Source of the DNA: Elusimicrobiota bacterium
GTDB lineage: Bacteria; Elusimicrobiota; Elusimicrobia; UBA1565; UBA9628
NCBI GenBank assembly: GCA_003151975.1
Contig: PLZD01000031.1
Coordinates: forward strand, 6,571-70,570
DNA length: 64,000 nt
Reading direction: 5' to 3'
Below are positions 1 through 11,010 of this stretch, piece after piece. Under the pieces are notes generated by a model. The model searched no databases. It saw only the letters and a program-made list of their open reading frames with translations, and was not told the origin of the DNA. Positions within the stretch are counted from its first letter, which is position 1, and each line of letters opens with the position of its first letter. The translations under genes and the position numbers were made by a program.

Positions 1-288
1 CTCGCCGCCGATCGTCGCCGACGGCGTCAGGTAGTTGAGCGCGTCGCCGAGCACGCGCAGGACCCAAAGCTCGCGCAGACGGAAGTGCTTGGCCTGGTCC
101 TCGGGGAAAGCGCACAGCCACGCCGCCGAGTTGAAGAAATGGCAGAAGCCTTCCTGCGGCACTATCAGCAGAAAGCCCCAGCCCACGCCCAAGGCCGTGC
201 TTAAGACCACGCGCGCGTCTAGCTTCCAGAGCAGAATGAAGAAGGCCGCGATGGCGACGATCAGCAAGCCCCTCTGCACGTGCTTCAT
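1..288 (-). CDS. Partial CDS (first 96 codons; gene runs off the window start): flippase-like / lysyl-PG-synthase TM-region (UPF0104) family membrane protein
   Basis: Not in the ORF track because it has no stop in the window. Manual reverse translation from ATG (complement of 286-288) gives MKHVQRGLLIVAIAAFFILLWKLD...RVLGDALNYLTPSATIGGE. Hydrophobic N-terminus plus the NYLTPxxxGGE-type motif of this family. Confidence 0.5.
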   Translation of the reverse strand, partial: MKHVQRGLLIVAIAAFFILLWKLDARVVLSTALGVGWGFLLIVPQEGFCHFFNSAAWLCAFPEDQAKHFRLRELWVLRVLGDALNYLTPSATIGGE

Positions 289-313
289 GCCTCAAGCATA
301 CATCAAAAAGCGC

Positions 314-319
314 TATAAT
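314..319 (+). promoter_or_regulatory. Consensus -10 box TATAAT, 8 nt upstream of the ATG at 328 (leaderless or near-leaderless transcript)
   Basis: gcgcTATAATcggagccgATG read directly from the sequence. Confidence 0.45.
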
Positions 320-327
320 CGGAGCCG

Positions 328-1242
328 ATGAAGATTTTTGTCACCGGCGCTTCGGGTTTTGTCGGCTCCGCCGTCGCCAAGGCGTTCGCGCGCGCGGGGC
401 ACTCGGTCTACGGCCTCGTACGCAAGAAGGAAGACGCGCCGCGGCTCCAGCTCCACGAGGTCACGCCGGTTCTCGGCGAGATGAAGCGGCCGGACTCCTA
501 CGCCAAGTACGCGCTCGAGTCGCAGGTCCTCATCCACTGCGCCGCCGACCACGGCTCCGAGTACGAGTCGCTCGATCGCCTGACGGTCCACACTTTCCTG
601 GCGCTCGCCAAAAAGGCGCGCGCGCCGCGCACGTTGATCTACACCTCGGGCGTCTGGCTTTACGGAAACACGGGCGCCGCCTCCGTCGATGAGTCCTCCG
701 CCTTCGAGACGGCGCACCTCATCCCGTGGCGCGGCACGCATGAGAAGCGCGTGCTCGAGTCGTCGGGCCCGCTGCTGCGCGGCCTCGTCGTGCGCCCCGG
801 CTGCGTCTACGGCGGACGCGGCAGCCTGACGGGCTTCTGGTTTTCGGGCGCGCGCAAGGAAGGGTCGGCGCCGATCGTCGGCGACGGCCTCAACCGCTGG
901 ACGATGGTCCATGTCCATGATCTCGCCGACCTCTATGTGCGCCTGGCCGAGAGCAACGTGCGCTCCGAGCTCTTCAACGCGACCGACCGCTCGCGCTCGA
1001 CCGTGCTGGACTGCGCGCGCGCCGCAAGTCTCGCCGCCGGAGCCAAGGGCAAGGTCCGGCACCTCTCCGAAAAGGAAGCCGCCAAGTCCTACGGATTCCT
1101 CGCCAAGGGCCTCGCGCTCGATCAACACGTCGATTCGAGCAAGGCCGTGCGCCTTTTGGGCTGGACCCCGCGCCACGGGGGATTTGCCGACGGAGCCGAG
1201 AAGTATTTCGCCGCCTGGAAAGCGGCCCAAGGAGCGCCATGA
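328..1242 (+). CDS. NAD-dependent epimerase/dehydratase family protein
   Basis: N-terminal Rossmann motif MKIFVTGASGFVGSAV; 304 aa, typical for the family. Confidence 0.85.
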   Translation: MKIFVTGASGFVGSAVAKAFARAGHSVYGLVRKKEDAPRLQLHEVTPVLGEMKRPDSYAKYALESQVLIHCAADHGSEYESLDRLTVHTFLALAKKARAPRTLIYTSGVWLYGNTGAASVDESSAFETAHLIPWRGTHEKRVLESSGPLLRGLVVRPGCVYGGRGSLTGFWFSGARKEGSAPIVGDGLNRWTMVHVHDLADLYVRLAESNVRSELFNATDRSRSTVLDCARAASLAAGAKGKVRHLSEKEAAKSYGFLAKGLALDQHVDSSKAVRLLGWTPRHGGFADGAEKYFAAWKAAQGAP

Positions 1243-1469
1243 TCAACAAGACCGTCGCGGAGTTGGAAGCGGCCGCAGCGTCGCTGACGGACCCCAAGAA
1301 CAAAGCCGAGCTCACGGCGCTGGTCGCGCGCTTGAAGTCCGAGCTCAACGAGCTGCAGGGCAAGCACGAGAGCCTGCGCGTGTCGCTCAAGGGATTCGAG
1401 ACCACCCACCCCCAGTTGACCGAGGCCGTCAACGAGCTCGCCGGCTTCCTCGCCAAGCTCGGCATCTAG
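1239..1469 (+). CDS. Small coiled-coil protein, DUF4404-like
   Basis: 76 aa, helical; HPQLTEAVNELAGFLAKLGI C-terminus resembles DUF4404. ATGA overlap with the upstream gene. Confidence 0.55.
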   Translation: MINKTVAELEAAAASLTDPKNKAELTALVARLKSELNELQGKHESLRVSLKGFETTHPQLTEAVNELAGFLAKLGI

Positions 1470-1470
1470 G

Positions 1471-3147
1471 ATGCTGGCCCTGGCCCTTTCTTTCCTGATG
1501 CCCGCCTCCGCCGCCGTCACGCCGCCGACGCTCGCCTCGCTTAAGTTCTCCGGCACGCCCGAGTTCGTCCGCGCGGCCAAGGACGTCATCGACGTCCGCT
1601 TGTCCTTGCTTCCGAACTTCGCGGCGGAGTCGGGCCTCTTCGACGATGCCGTGCGCGTGCCCTCGTTCTCGGACGAGTCGGTGGCCAAGCTCGTCGCGCG
1701 CCTCGACAAGGATTTGTCCGGCATGCGCGCGATGCCCTGGCGCAAGTGGTCCGTCGACGAGCAGATCGATTTCCGCTGGACCTACGCGATGGCCCAGGAA
1801 GCCCGCCAGCAGCTCGCCGTCGAGAAAATCTACCGCCACCGCGCGGCGTCCTGGCTCGAGCCGCTGGCCAACGACTACATCGCGCTCCTGAGCTACGCGC
1901 CCGAGCGCGCCGACCTGCGCGCGGAACTCACGGCGCTCGTCCCCGCGATGGTCAAGGAAATGCGCGAGGTCTGCGCTCCCACGGTCAAGGACGTCAAGAC
2001 GGCCGACGGAATCCTCGCGGGATTGCTCTCGACGCTCAAGGCCGAGGCGCCTTCCGAGAAGCGCGACGCGGCGGTCGCTTCCCTCGAAACCTATCGCAAG
2101 GACATGGGCGAGCTCAAGGGCCTCAAGGATTTCGAGGTCATCGGCGCGGGCGCCTACGGCTGGCGTCTCAAGCACGCCTTGCTTCTGCCGTGGTCGCCTC
2201 AGGACTTGCTTCAGATCGCGAAGCTCGAGCTGTTCGTCGTCGACGAGGAAGCCGCCAAGCTGAAATCCTCGGTCGCGGCTCCCAAAGCCCTTCCCGAAGA
2301 AGTGGAGCTCGCGAAAAATCTGACGAAAGACTCCATGCTCGGCATGTACGACGAGATCGTGCGCCAGAACATGGCCTTCCTCAAGCGCTCCGAGCTGCTG
2401 ACCGTGCCCGAGGGAGTGGGCGCCATCCGCGCCCGCGAGACGCCCGAGGCGATGGTTCCGCTCACCGGCGACGGCGGCAGCATGAACCCGCCGCCTCCGT
2501 TTGCCGCCGGAGATCAAGGGTGGTGGAACGTCCAGCACTTCAAAGCTGACTGGACGCAGGACGTGCGCCTCTCCACCGTGCTCGACGCGCGCGAATTCCG
2601 CCGCACCGACGAAGGACCTTACGCGGTCCACGAGGGCGTGCCCGGGCATCACCTCCAGCTCTCCATCGCGCGGCTCAAGGTCAACCCGCTGCGCAATCTG
2701 CTCTACGACAACACGTTTGTCGAGGGCTGGGCCTTGTACGCGGAGCAAATGTTCCAAGAAGCCGGCGGCCTGGGGCCCAGCCCCGAGGCGCGTTACAACA
2801 CATTGATGTCCTACCGCTTCCGCATCCGGCGCGTCTTTTACGATGTGCGCGTCGAGACCGGCGAATGGGACCTGCAAAAGGGCGCCGATTTTAAAGATGA
2901 GAGCGTCAAGCCTGGATCAGGTTCCGTCGACCCTGAGATCCAGCGCGCGATCCAATGGCCGACGCAGCTGATCGGCTACTTCGTTGGCAAGCGCCAGATC
3001 GTCGCGCTCAAAGAAGACTACAAGCGCAAGCTCGGCGCGAAATATTCCGACCGGCTTTTCCACGACGAGCTGCTCGCGGTCGGCGGCATCCCCGTGGTCT
3101 TCGCGCGCGCCAAGCTCCTCGGCGAGCCCGTGCCGGACCTCGACTAG
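1471..3147 (+). CDS. DUF885 family protein (metallopeptidase-like fold), secreted
   Basis: Signal-like N-terminus; HEGVPGHHLQ motif characteristic of DUF885. Confidence 0.8.
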   Translation: MLALALSFLMPASAAVTPPTLASLKFSGTPEFVRAAKDVIDVRLSLLPNFAAESGLFDDAVRVPSFSDESVAKLVARLDKDLSGMRAMPWRKWSVDEQIDFRWTYAMAQEARQQLAVEKIYRHRAASWLEPLANDYIALLSYAPERADLRAELTALVPAMVKEMREVCAPTVKDVKTADGILAGLLSTLKAEAPSEKRDAAVASLETYRKDMGELKGLKDFEVIGAGAYGWRLKHALLLPWSPQDLLQIAKLELFVVDEEAAKLKSSVAAPKALPEEVELAKNLTKDSMLGMYDEIVRQNMAFLKRSELLTVPEGVGAIRARETPEAMVPLTGDGGSMNPPPPFAAGDQGWWNVQHFKADWTQDVRLSTVLDAREFRRTDEGPYAVHEGVPGHHLQLSIARLKVNPLRNLLYDNTFVEGWALYAEQMFQEAGGLGPSPEARYNTLMSYRFRIRRVFYDVRVETGEWDLQKGADFKDESVKPGSGSVDPEIQRAIQWPTQLIGYFVGKRQIVALKEDYKRKLGAKYSDRLFHDELLAVGGIPVVFARAKLLGEPVPDLD

Positions 3148-3149
3148 AC

Positions 3150-3860
3150 ATGCGCACGTCCATGGCGCTTCGCCGCAAGGTCGGGCCGCTGGAGGCGATC
3201 ACTTACAAAGGCGACGCGGACGCCCCAACCCTCGTTCTGTTTCACGGGTATGGGGCCGACGGCGCGGACCTGGCTCCGATCGCCACCGAACTTCCTTTGC
3301 GCAATCCCATCAACGCGGCCTTCCCCGACGGGCCTCTCGTGCTCAAGATCGACGGCGTGGCCAGCGGGCGGGCGTGGTTTCCGATCGACGTCGAGGCCAT
3401 CCAGAAAGCGCAGATGTCCGGCAAGACCGTCGACTGGTCGCAGCACGAGCCCAAGAGTCTTCCGGCCGCGCGCGAAGCCGCGGGCGAATTTCTCAAGGCG
3501 CTCGGCGTTCCGTGGAACAAGCTGATCCTCGGGGGTTTTAGCCAAGGCGCCATGCTGGCCGTCGACCTCGCCCTGCGCGCACCCCAGACGCCGCTGGGCC
3601 TGGTGATCCTCTCGGGCAATCTCATCAACGAGAAGGAGTGGCTCAAGCTCGCGGCCAACCGCAAGGGCATGCGCTTCGTGCAAAGCCACGGCACGAGCGA
3701 CCCGATCCTCGGCTACGAAGGCGCCAAGCGCCTGACCGGCGTCCTTCTGCAAGGGGGAATGACCGGGGAATTGCTGACCTTCGAGGGCGGCCACGGCATC
3801 CCGCAAGGCGTTATCGAAGAAGTCGCCAAATACGTCGAAAAGATCACTCCCGCCGAATAG
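3150..3860 (+). CDS. Alpha/beta hydrolase, phospholipase/carboxylesterase family
   Basis: LVLFHGYGADGADL and GGFSQGAML (GxSxG nucleophile elbow). The start was moved to the ATG at 3150 because the track ORF from 2955 overlaps the DUF885 gene with Arg-rich nonsense. Confidence 0.8.
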   Translation: MRTSMALRRKVGPLEAITYKGDADAPTLVLFHGYGADGADLAPIATELPLRNPINAAFPDGPLVLKIDGVASGRAWFPIDVEAIQKAQMSGKTVDWSQHEPKSLPAAREAAGEFLKALGVPWNKLILGGFSQGAMLAVDLALRAPQTPLGLVILSGNLINEKEWLKLAANRKGMRFVQSHGTSDPILGYEGAKRLTGVLLQGGMTGELLTFEGGHGIPQGVIEEVAKYVEKITPAE

Positions 3861-3930
3861 GCCTTAGGGCCCACCGCTTTTTGCCGTTTAGGCCCCTGAA
3901 AGAGAACGGCTTTCCGTCTATCCTTAAGAG

Positions 3931-5517
3931 ATGACGGGAAAGCTCTGGAACACGGCATTATCGCTGGTCCTGGCCCTCGGACTCGCGCTGCCCGCGCGCG
4001 CTCTCGAGGTCAAGGCCGCGCCGCAGGCCATCGTCCAGGGCATCCAACTGCATCTCGACAATCTTCAGATGCTGGGCAATCTGCCGGTACAGGGCCCGCA
4101 GCAAGTCCTCAAGACCGAACCCGCCAACGCGATCACCGAGCTTCCGGTCTCGTACATCCAGCAGGCCTACATCCGCGAGGCGACCGACCAACAGGCGCCC
4201 GCCGAGGCGGCCGCGGGACTCATCGTCGAGGCCGTCTCGCGCTATCCCTCCTTGGTCGGCCGCGTCAGCGAGGCTCTGCAGAAATCCGCGCCCGACGATC
4301 CCGAGACCACGCAAGCCGTCGAGAGCCTTTGGCGCTGGGCCGCCGACCAGCGCGGCAAGAATGACGACGATCCCGCCGCGGCGGGGCGCGTTTGGCAGCG
4401 CATTGAAAAGCTTTTTGACGGAAGAATTTCGGTGCCCGACAAAACGATGTCGAACGATCCGGCCAACGACGACGGATTCGCGCGGCGCAAGGGAGACATC
4501 GTCGCGTATCCCGCGAGCGTCAAGCCCAAACGCAAGCAAGTCGACGCGTGGCTCGCGCGGGGCGCAGACCCCGTCGAGCTCGCCTTCGGCGCGATGGACC
4601 CGGTGCTCGCCTCGGAATTGCTCGAGATGATCCACGCGCCGCCCGAGTATCACGCCTCGGCCGCCGCCTGGCTGCGCACCGGCAGCGCGGACGCCAAGGC
4701 GCGCCTCGCCGAGCGTCCCGATCTTCTGCAGGCGTTTTACGAAATTCGCCGCCAGCACGAGGGCGTCCTCAAGGAGCGCCACGACTCTTTGCCCGAGCTC
4801 ATCAACACTTACAAAGGCCAAGGCCCCGGGAAGCTGAGGGAAATCCTCGAGCATACCGTCGAGCAGGGCGGCGACTACGTCGTCGAGCAGAACGCGAGGA
4901 CTTGGCGTCTTTTGTCCGAAGACGCGCGCGAGGCCGCCGTCGCGCACATGGGCCCCGAGAATTTCGGCACGCGCACGACCGCCAAGCTTTACGTCGAGCT
5001 CACTTCGAAGACGGACCTCGGCGACCTCGCGAAGCGCTACGCGCTCGGCCGCAATCCCGAGGTCGTGGAGCGATATCTGACGATGCGCCGCGGCCGCTCG
5101 CGCTCGAGAACTGTCCTCGTTCCTCTAGAAAATATTTTGCCGTCTTGGATCCGCAAGGCCATGGAGCGGTTCGAGGAATGCACCGGCGCAAACTGCGTCA
5201 ACGCGGCGCTCGGCGTCCACGAGGACCGCGCGCACCGGCACCGCTACGTGACCGGCGAGGAGATGCTGCAGACTCTGGGCTCGTCTTTCGAGAAAATCAA
5301 ACCCGACAGCGAGTTGCAGGTCGGTGACATTCTGGTCTACACCGGCATGGACAAGCAGTTCCTGCACATGGCCGCTTATGTCGGCGGCGACTACGTCTTC
5401 AACAAGGCGGGCGCCAGCCGCTTCAATCCCTACGTCTTCCAGCACAAGGCCGTCGTCGAGGCCGCTTACTTCAAGACGGACGGCCTGCGGCTGATCGTCT
5501 TCCGGCGCAAGAATTAG
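3931..5517 (+). CDS. Secreted hypothetical protein with a C-terminal papain-like (NlpC/P60-superfamily-like) region
   Basis: Signal peptide LALGLALPARALE. The C-terminus has GANCVNAALG ... VGDILVYTG...FLHMAAYVGG, which resembles the Cys...His arrangement of NlpC/P60 proteins. Confidence 0.55.
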   Translation: MTGKLWNTALSLVLALGLALPARALEVKAAPQAIVQGIQLHLDNLQMLGNLPVQGPQQVLKTEPANAITELPVSYIQQAYIREATDQQAPAEAAAGLIVEAVSRYPSLVGRVSEALQKSAPDDPETTQAVESLWRWAADQRGKNDDDPAAAGRVWQRIEKLFDGRISVPDKTMSNDPANDDGFARRKGDIVAYPASVKPKRKQVDAWLARGADPVELAFGAMDPVLASELLEMIHAPPEYHASAAAWLRTGSADAKARLAERPDLLQAFYEIRRQHEGVLKERHDSLPELINTYKGQGPGKLREILEHTVEQGGDYVVEQNARTWRLLSEDAREAAVAHMGPENFGTRTTAKLYVELTSKTDLGDLAKRYALGRNPEVVERYLTMRRGRSRSRTVLVPLENILPSWIRKAMERFEECTGANCVNAALGVHEDRAHRHRYVTGEEMLQTLGSSFEKIKPDSELQVGDILVYTGMDKQFLHMAAYVGGDYVFNKAGASRFNPYVFQHKAVVEAAYFKTDGLRLIVFRRKN

Positions 5518-7034
5518 CGGTCGAGAAGGACGGGCGGGAAATGCGCCACGGGCGTGTCCTGCGTGATCTCGAAGACGCCGGGGATGTCATGGATGGGGCC
5601 GCGCAAGTCGTCGGGCGAGCCCATGAGGCCGAGGTAGTAGCGCCCCGGCCCGAGATAAGTAAAGCGAAAGCGTCCGTCTATGTCGGCGGGCATGCTGTCG
5701 CTCAAAGTCCCGCTCGAGACGAGGTTGGCGGGCTGGGTGCTGGCGCCGACGTAGAATAATCCGACGAGCATCCCGGCGGCAGGACCCGACGACATCAGGA
5801 CCGAGCCGCTGACCTCCCCGTCGTGCGTCGACTCGATCTGCGTCACCTCGATCTTCTTCTCGTAGATCGGCCAGAGGCCGTCGATCTTGATGAGCCACCA
5901 GCGCGCCTGGTCCTCGTTGCCGAACCGCGCGTACGCGCCCGAGAAGCCCTCGAAGATGTACTGCGACTGCGTGACGTCCTCGAAGCCTTCCTTGCGCGGC
6001 TTGGCCCGCGCGGAAAGCGCATCGAGAATGTCGAGCCGATCCCGCGTCTGCGGGCCGCCCTTCAAAAGATCGAGCGCACCGCGATAGTTCGGCGCGACGA
6101 CCGGCGGGAAGGCCAGGGCTTGGGCCTTGAGCGCGCGCTCGGCGTCCCACCAAAACAGCCAGCCATCGCGCAGGGCTTTGAGCCCTTGGCCCACGAAGAT
6201 GCTGCGGTAATGCCGCGCCTCGAAGTAGTCGTAAAGCTTGACGAGGTTTTTCTGCGTGATGTCGACGCCGTCGATCTCGGCTTTTTTCTGCTCGAGCACG
6301 TAGGGCTGCTCGTTGTAGGGACGCAGCCACGCGACGCCCACGGACACCGGCGGCTGGTTCCTGACGAGGTCGACCGCTTGCGCGAGCGTGCGCGCGCCGA
6401 GGTCCCAGCTCGTTTCGAGACGGTGCTGGCAGTACATCGCGCCGAAAAGCCACGGGGCCACTACGAGAGAGATGACAGTGATGCGATACTCCGCGAGATC
6501 ACCGTGGAGCAGTCCCGCGGCGACGAGGCCGCACGAGGTCATCAACAAAATGGGCAAGGTCGCGAGCAGAAGACTTCCGGTGAAATAGCCCATCAGGCGC
6601 CAAGCCTGCGCTATGATCAGCCAGCGGTAGGCGCAGAAGCCGAGAGACGTGAAAAGAATTCCCGTCGACAGACCGAGCAGCGGGCTCTTCCAGCCTCGCC
6701 GCAGGCAGGCAAAGCCGGCAGCACCAGTGACGCACGCAAAGCGCCAGGTCGCCCAAGTCTGCGAGAGCGGCATGCCGGGCGGCAATTCGTCTGGGCCGAA
6801 AAGATCGCGCGCGAGCAGCCAGCCGGCCGTGCGCGAGCACATCAGCAAAAGCAGGATGCCGCCGAGCCAGACGAGATAAGCCGGGCGCTCTTCGCGCGCC
6901 GAGTGAAGCAGTCCGACGATCAGCCCCGTGACGGCCAGGGCGAGCGTCAGGTCCACGAGCGCGGGCCAGCCGCCGAAGCCGCGCCAAAGGCCGCCGAGAA
7001 ATCCCGCGAAGACCGCCGCGCCGAAGCTTCCCAT
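5514..7034 (-). CDS. Polytopic membrane protein with a C-terminal extracytoplasmic domain, function unknown
   Basis: 506 aa. The N-terminal half is multi-TM. Lies 3 nt downstream of acs on the same strand. Confidence 0.6.
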   Translation of the reverse strand: MGSFGAAVFAGFLGGLWRGFGGWPALVDLTLALAVTGLIVGLLHSAREERPAYLVWLGGILLLLMCSRTAGWLLARDLFGPDELPPGMPLSQTWATWRFACVTGAAGFACLRRGWKSPLLGLSTGILFTSLGFCAYRWLIIAQAWRLMGYFTGSLLLATLPILLMTSCGLVAAGLLHGDLAEYRITVISLVVAPWLFGAMYCQHRLETSWDLGARTLAQAVDLVRNQPPVSVGVAWLRPYNEQPYVLEQKKAEIDGVDITQKNLVKLYDYFEARHYRSIFVGQGLKALRDGWLFWWDAERALKAQALAFPPVVAPNYRGALDLLKGGPQTRDRLDILDALSARAKPRKEGFEDVTQSQYIFEGFSGAYARFGNEDQARWWLIKIDGLWPIYEKKIEVTQIESTHDGEVSGSVLMSSGPAAGMLVGLFYVGASTQPANLVSSGTLSDSMPADIDGRFRFTYLGPGRYYLGLMGSPDDLRGPIHDIPGVFEITQDTPVAHFPPVLLDR

Positions 7035-7037
7035 CCG

Positions 7038-8984
<1,947 letters not shown>

Positions 8985-8990
8985 GGCGGG

Positions 8991-8999
8991 ATTCTAACA
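8991..8999 (-). promoter_or_regulatory. Extended -10 box TGTTAGAAT, 6 nt upstream of the acs ATG (leaderless candidate)
   Basis: The complement of 8991-8999 reads TGTTAGAAT, followed by cccgcc and then ATG (8984). Confidence 0.45.
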
Positions 9000-9065
9000 T
9001 TTTGGCTCGGGAGTGGAACATTTTGAGGGCGTAAATCGTATGTATATTAGGCGCCGCCCGCGCGC

Positions 9066-9094
9066 TTGCGTGAACTTGGGACGGCTGTTATACT
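9066..9094 (+). promoter_or_regulatory. Promoter TTGCGT-17 nt-TATACT (with TGT extension), 6 nt upstream of the hicB ATG
   Basis: TTGCGT at 9066-9071, TATACT at 9089-9094, ATG at 9101. Confidence 0.45.
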
Positions 9095-9100
9095 TGAAGC

Positions 9101-9367
9101 ATGGGCGGACGCAAGGGGAAACGAAAAGTGAAGCCATACCACTTGACCGCCGTTATTTGGAAAGAAGGCCGCCAGTACGTGTCGAAATGCCCGGAGTTGG
9201 GCGTCGCCTCGTTCGGCTCCACGCCGGAACGGGCCCGGGCCGCTCTTGAAGAGGCCGCCGAGCTCTTCATCTCGAACGCCAAGCGACTGCACCTGCTCAA
9301 GGACGTCGAGCCGGCGTTGTCCTCGGCCACGCGCTTTACCGTCCCTCTCGAAATCGCCCCAGCGTGA
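9101..9367 (+). CDS. hicB: HicB-family antitoxin
   Basis: YHLTAVIWKEGRQYVSKCPELGVASFGSTPERARAALEEA matches the HicB N-terminal fold. Overlaps hicA by 4 nt. Confidence 0.8.
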   Translation: MGGRKGKRKVKPYHLTAVIWKEGRQYVSKCPELGVASFGSTPERARAALEEAAELFISNAKRLHLLKDVEPALSSATRFTVPLEIAPA

Positions 9368-9594
9368 CGCGGCTGCCGTCCCTGTCGTCAACGCGGATCA
9401 TCCGCGTCCTGCTAGCCGCAGGTTTCGTTGAGGCCCCGGATCGCGGCAAGGGCAGTCATCGCGCGTTCGTCAAATACGACGAGCGCCCGCGATTGGTCAT
9501 TGTCCCTTACGGGAAAGATATTCCGCGCGGGACTTTGCTTGCAATCATTGCGCAGGCAGGGCTTACGCGCGATGAGTTTATCAGTCTGCTCTAA
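9364..9594 (+). CDS. hicA: HicA-family mRNA interferase toxin
   Basis: IIRVLLAAGFVE...GKGSHRAFV...VIVPYGKDIPRGTLLAIIAQAGL matches the HicA/YcfA signature. Confidence 0.85.
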   Translation: MTRLPSLSSTRIIRVLLAAGFVEAPDRGKGSHRAFVKYDERPRLVIVPYGKDIPRGTLLAIIAQAGLTRDEFISLL

Positions 9595-9998
9595 TCGCGT
9601 TGAGGCACGCCGTCTTTGATGTCGTAGTAATCGCCCTTTTGGGACACATGGCCGTGGATCCGCAGTTTCGTGCCGGTGGGACCGTCGAAGGCGCCCATAG
9701 AGACGCCGATCCAATCCAATTTGATCGGGTCCCAGAAGAGGGGGGAGCCGCAGGTGGAGCAGAAGCCGCGACGCACTTTCTCCGTGGACTGGTACCAAGT
9801 GATGTTCTTCGCGCCTTGGATGGTCACGGCGGAGCGGGGGACGTCGGTGCCCGCGAGGAAATGGCCCGAGGATTTTCGGCAGTGCCAGCAATGGCAGGCG
9901 TCGGGGCCGGGGAGATCGCCGCGGACCTCGAAGGTCACGGCTTTGCAGAGGCAGGAGCCTTTGTGCACGACTTTGGATGGTCGTACAGTTTTAGCCAT
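9591..9998 (-). CDS. GFA (glutathione-dependent formaldehyde-activating / CENP-V) family protein
   Basis: Cys clusters GSCLCKAV ... CHCWHCRK ... FCSTCGSPLF. The start was set at MAKTV, which forms a TAATG overlap with the upstream gene. Confidence 0.85.
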   Translation of the reverse strand: MAKTVRPSKVVHKGSCLCKAVTFEVRGDLPGPDACHCWHCRKSSGHFLAGTDVPRSAVTIQGAKNITWYQSTEKVRRGFCSTCGSPLFWDPIKLDWIGVSMGAFDGPTGTKLRIHGHVSQKGDYYDIKDGVPQRD

Positions 9999-10384
9999 TA
10001 TGCATTCTGTGTTAGCCAGTTTTCCAAGAGAGGTTTTGCGGAAGCAAGCCACGCAGCAATGTTCGACTGATGCATCTTGAGCAAAGCTTCGTCGGTAGAT
10101 TTATGCTTTGGATTCGCGAGAATATTACCTGCTTCGTCTTGCTCCGGCAACGGCAAATTGAATTCGACATTCTTCGTCTTAACATCGATGACTAGTCCCC
10201 AGGGTAGGGAATAAGGCTCGTAACCAAATCGGACAATATTCATCGGGCCGATAAAGTCGACGAAACTAATTCCTGGACTTTCGTGACGAATCTCCTCGGT
10301 CCGCTCTGGGACGAGAAAAGAGAAGATTCGACACACCTCCTTCTCGAAGAAACGATTTGGATTCAGTTCGTTCGTCGTATTCAT
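9998..10384 (-). CDS. Hypothetical protein in a visibly lower-GC gene
   Basis: 128-aa ORF, AT-richer than its neighbours, translationally coupled to the GFA gene. I recognise no motif. Confidence 0.5.
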   Translation of the reverse strand: MNTTNELNPNRFFEKEVCRIFSFLVPERTEEIRHESPGISFVDFIGPMNIVRFGYEPYSLPWGLVIDVKTKNVEFNLPLPEQDEAGNILANPKHKSTDEALLKMHQSNIAAWLASAKPLLENWLTQNA

Positions 10385-10487
10385 TTGTTGCTAACCGCAT
10401 CAGTATATGGACCAGTATATCAAGCGGCCCCGCAGAACGCCACGAAAGATTATTTCGCTGACAGCATCGCAATTCCGCATGAATCTT

Positions 10488-10496
10488 TGATATAAT
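10488..10496 (+). promoter_or_regulatory. Extended -10 box TGATATAAT upstream of rpmH (10 nt before the ATG)
   Basis: ctttGATATAATctcacccactATG read directly. Confidence 0.45.
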
Positions 10497-10506
10497 CTCA
10501 CCCACT

Positions 10507-10644
10507 ATGCTTCCTACATATCGACCTAACAAACGCAAACGCGCCAAACACATTGGTTTTCGCGCCCGCATGGCCACCGTCGGTGGCCGCCAGACGCTCA
10601 ACAGACGCCGCCGCAAAGGCCGTCACACTCTCGTAGTGGTCTGA
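10507..10644 (+). CDS. rpmH: 50S ribosomal protein L34
   Basis: Missing from the ORF track because it is shorter than 60 aa. Manual translation gives [45 protein letters not shown], the classic L34 sequence, directly upstream of rnpA. Confidence 0.9.
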   Translation: MLPTYRPNKRKRAKHIGFRARMATVGGRQTLNRRRRKGRHTLVVV

Positions 10645-10653
10645 GCCTGTGCC

Positions 10654-11010
10654 GTGTCGAGCCGTTTCGGCCCTGAGGCCCGCCTCGGGGGCCGGAAGGA
10701 TTATAGGCGCGTCTTTTCCGACGGCCGCAAGTTCGTCGGCCGCCACATGATCCTCTGGTCCAGTCTCAACGACGCCCCGCAAGCTGGGGCTCGTCTTGGC
10801 TTATCGGTGAGCGCCAAGGTGGGCAACGCAGTCCTGAGAAACCGCCTCAAAAGGCTGGTTCGCGAATCTTTTCGCCTCAACCGCGAAAAGTTCGAGCATG
10901 GCCGCGACATCGTCGTCTACTTGCGGCCGGGCTGCAACTGGCCCAAGCGCCAGGACGCCGAGGCCGAACTCCTCGAACTCAGCCGCAAAGCGGGACTGGT
11001 GCTCGCTTGA
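10654..11010 (+). CDS. rnpA: Ribonuclease P protein component
   Basis: Basic 118-aa protein with the GLSVSAKVGNAVLRNRLKRLVRE motif, in the rpmH-rnpA-yidD-yidC context. GTG start. Confidence 0.9.
   Translation: MSSRFGPEARLGGRKDYRRVFSDGRKFVGRHMILWSSLNDAPQAGARLGLSVSAKVGNAVLRNRLKRLVRESFRLNREKFEHGRDIVVYLRPGCNWPKRQDAEAELLELSRKAGLVLA

Noticed and set aside
313-1230. Long antisense or out-of-frame ORFs throughout the track. Examples: 313-1230(-), 1429-2877(-), 3958-4947(-), 5823-7253(+), 13710-15095(-), 17399-18937(-), 18916-20181(-), 22690-23754(+), 23516-25180(+), 36606-38462(+), 43816-45444(-), 48561-50759(+).
   Set aside because: Each shadows a gene with clear family motifs on the other strand or frame. 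Their translations are Arg/Ala/Gly/Pro-rich low-complexity sequence, which is typical of spurious frames in high-GC DNA. None has a recognisable motif or expression signals.
2955-3149. N-terminal extensions of several track ORFs. Examples: 2955 for the esterase, 19911 for ackA, 29089 for the cpaB-like gene, 39511 for the HEAT protein, 41428 for mraZ, 47635 for mraY, 52796 for surE, 53368 for capA, 54273 for the C-N hydrolase.
   Set aside because: The extensions overlap the preceding gene and encode Arg-rich nonsense. Internal ATG codons give canonical family N-termini or signal peptides, often with ATGA/TAATG coupling to the upstream stop.
10385-10506. oriC / DnaA-box cluster upstream of rpmH.
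   Set aside because: I found no TTATCCACA-like 9-mers or AT-rich unwinding repeats by eye. The region only shows a promoter-like extended -10 element.
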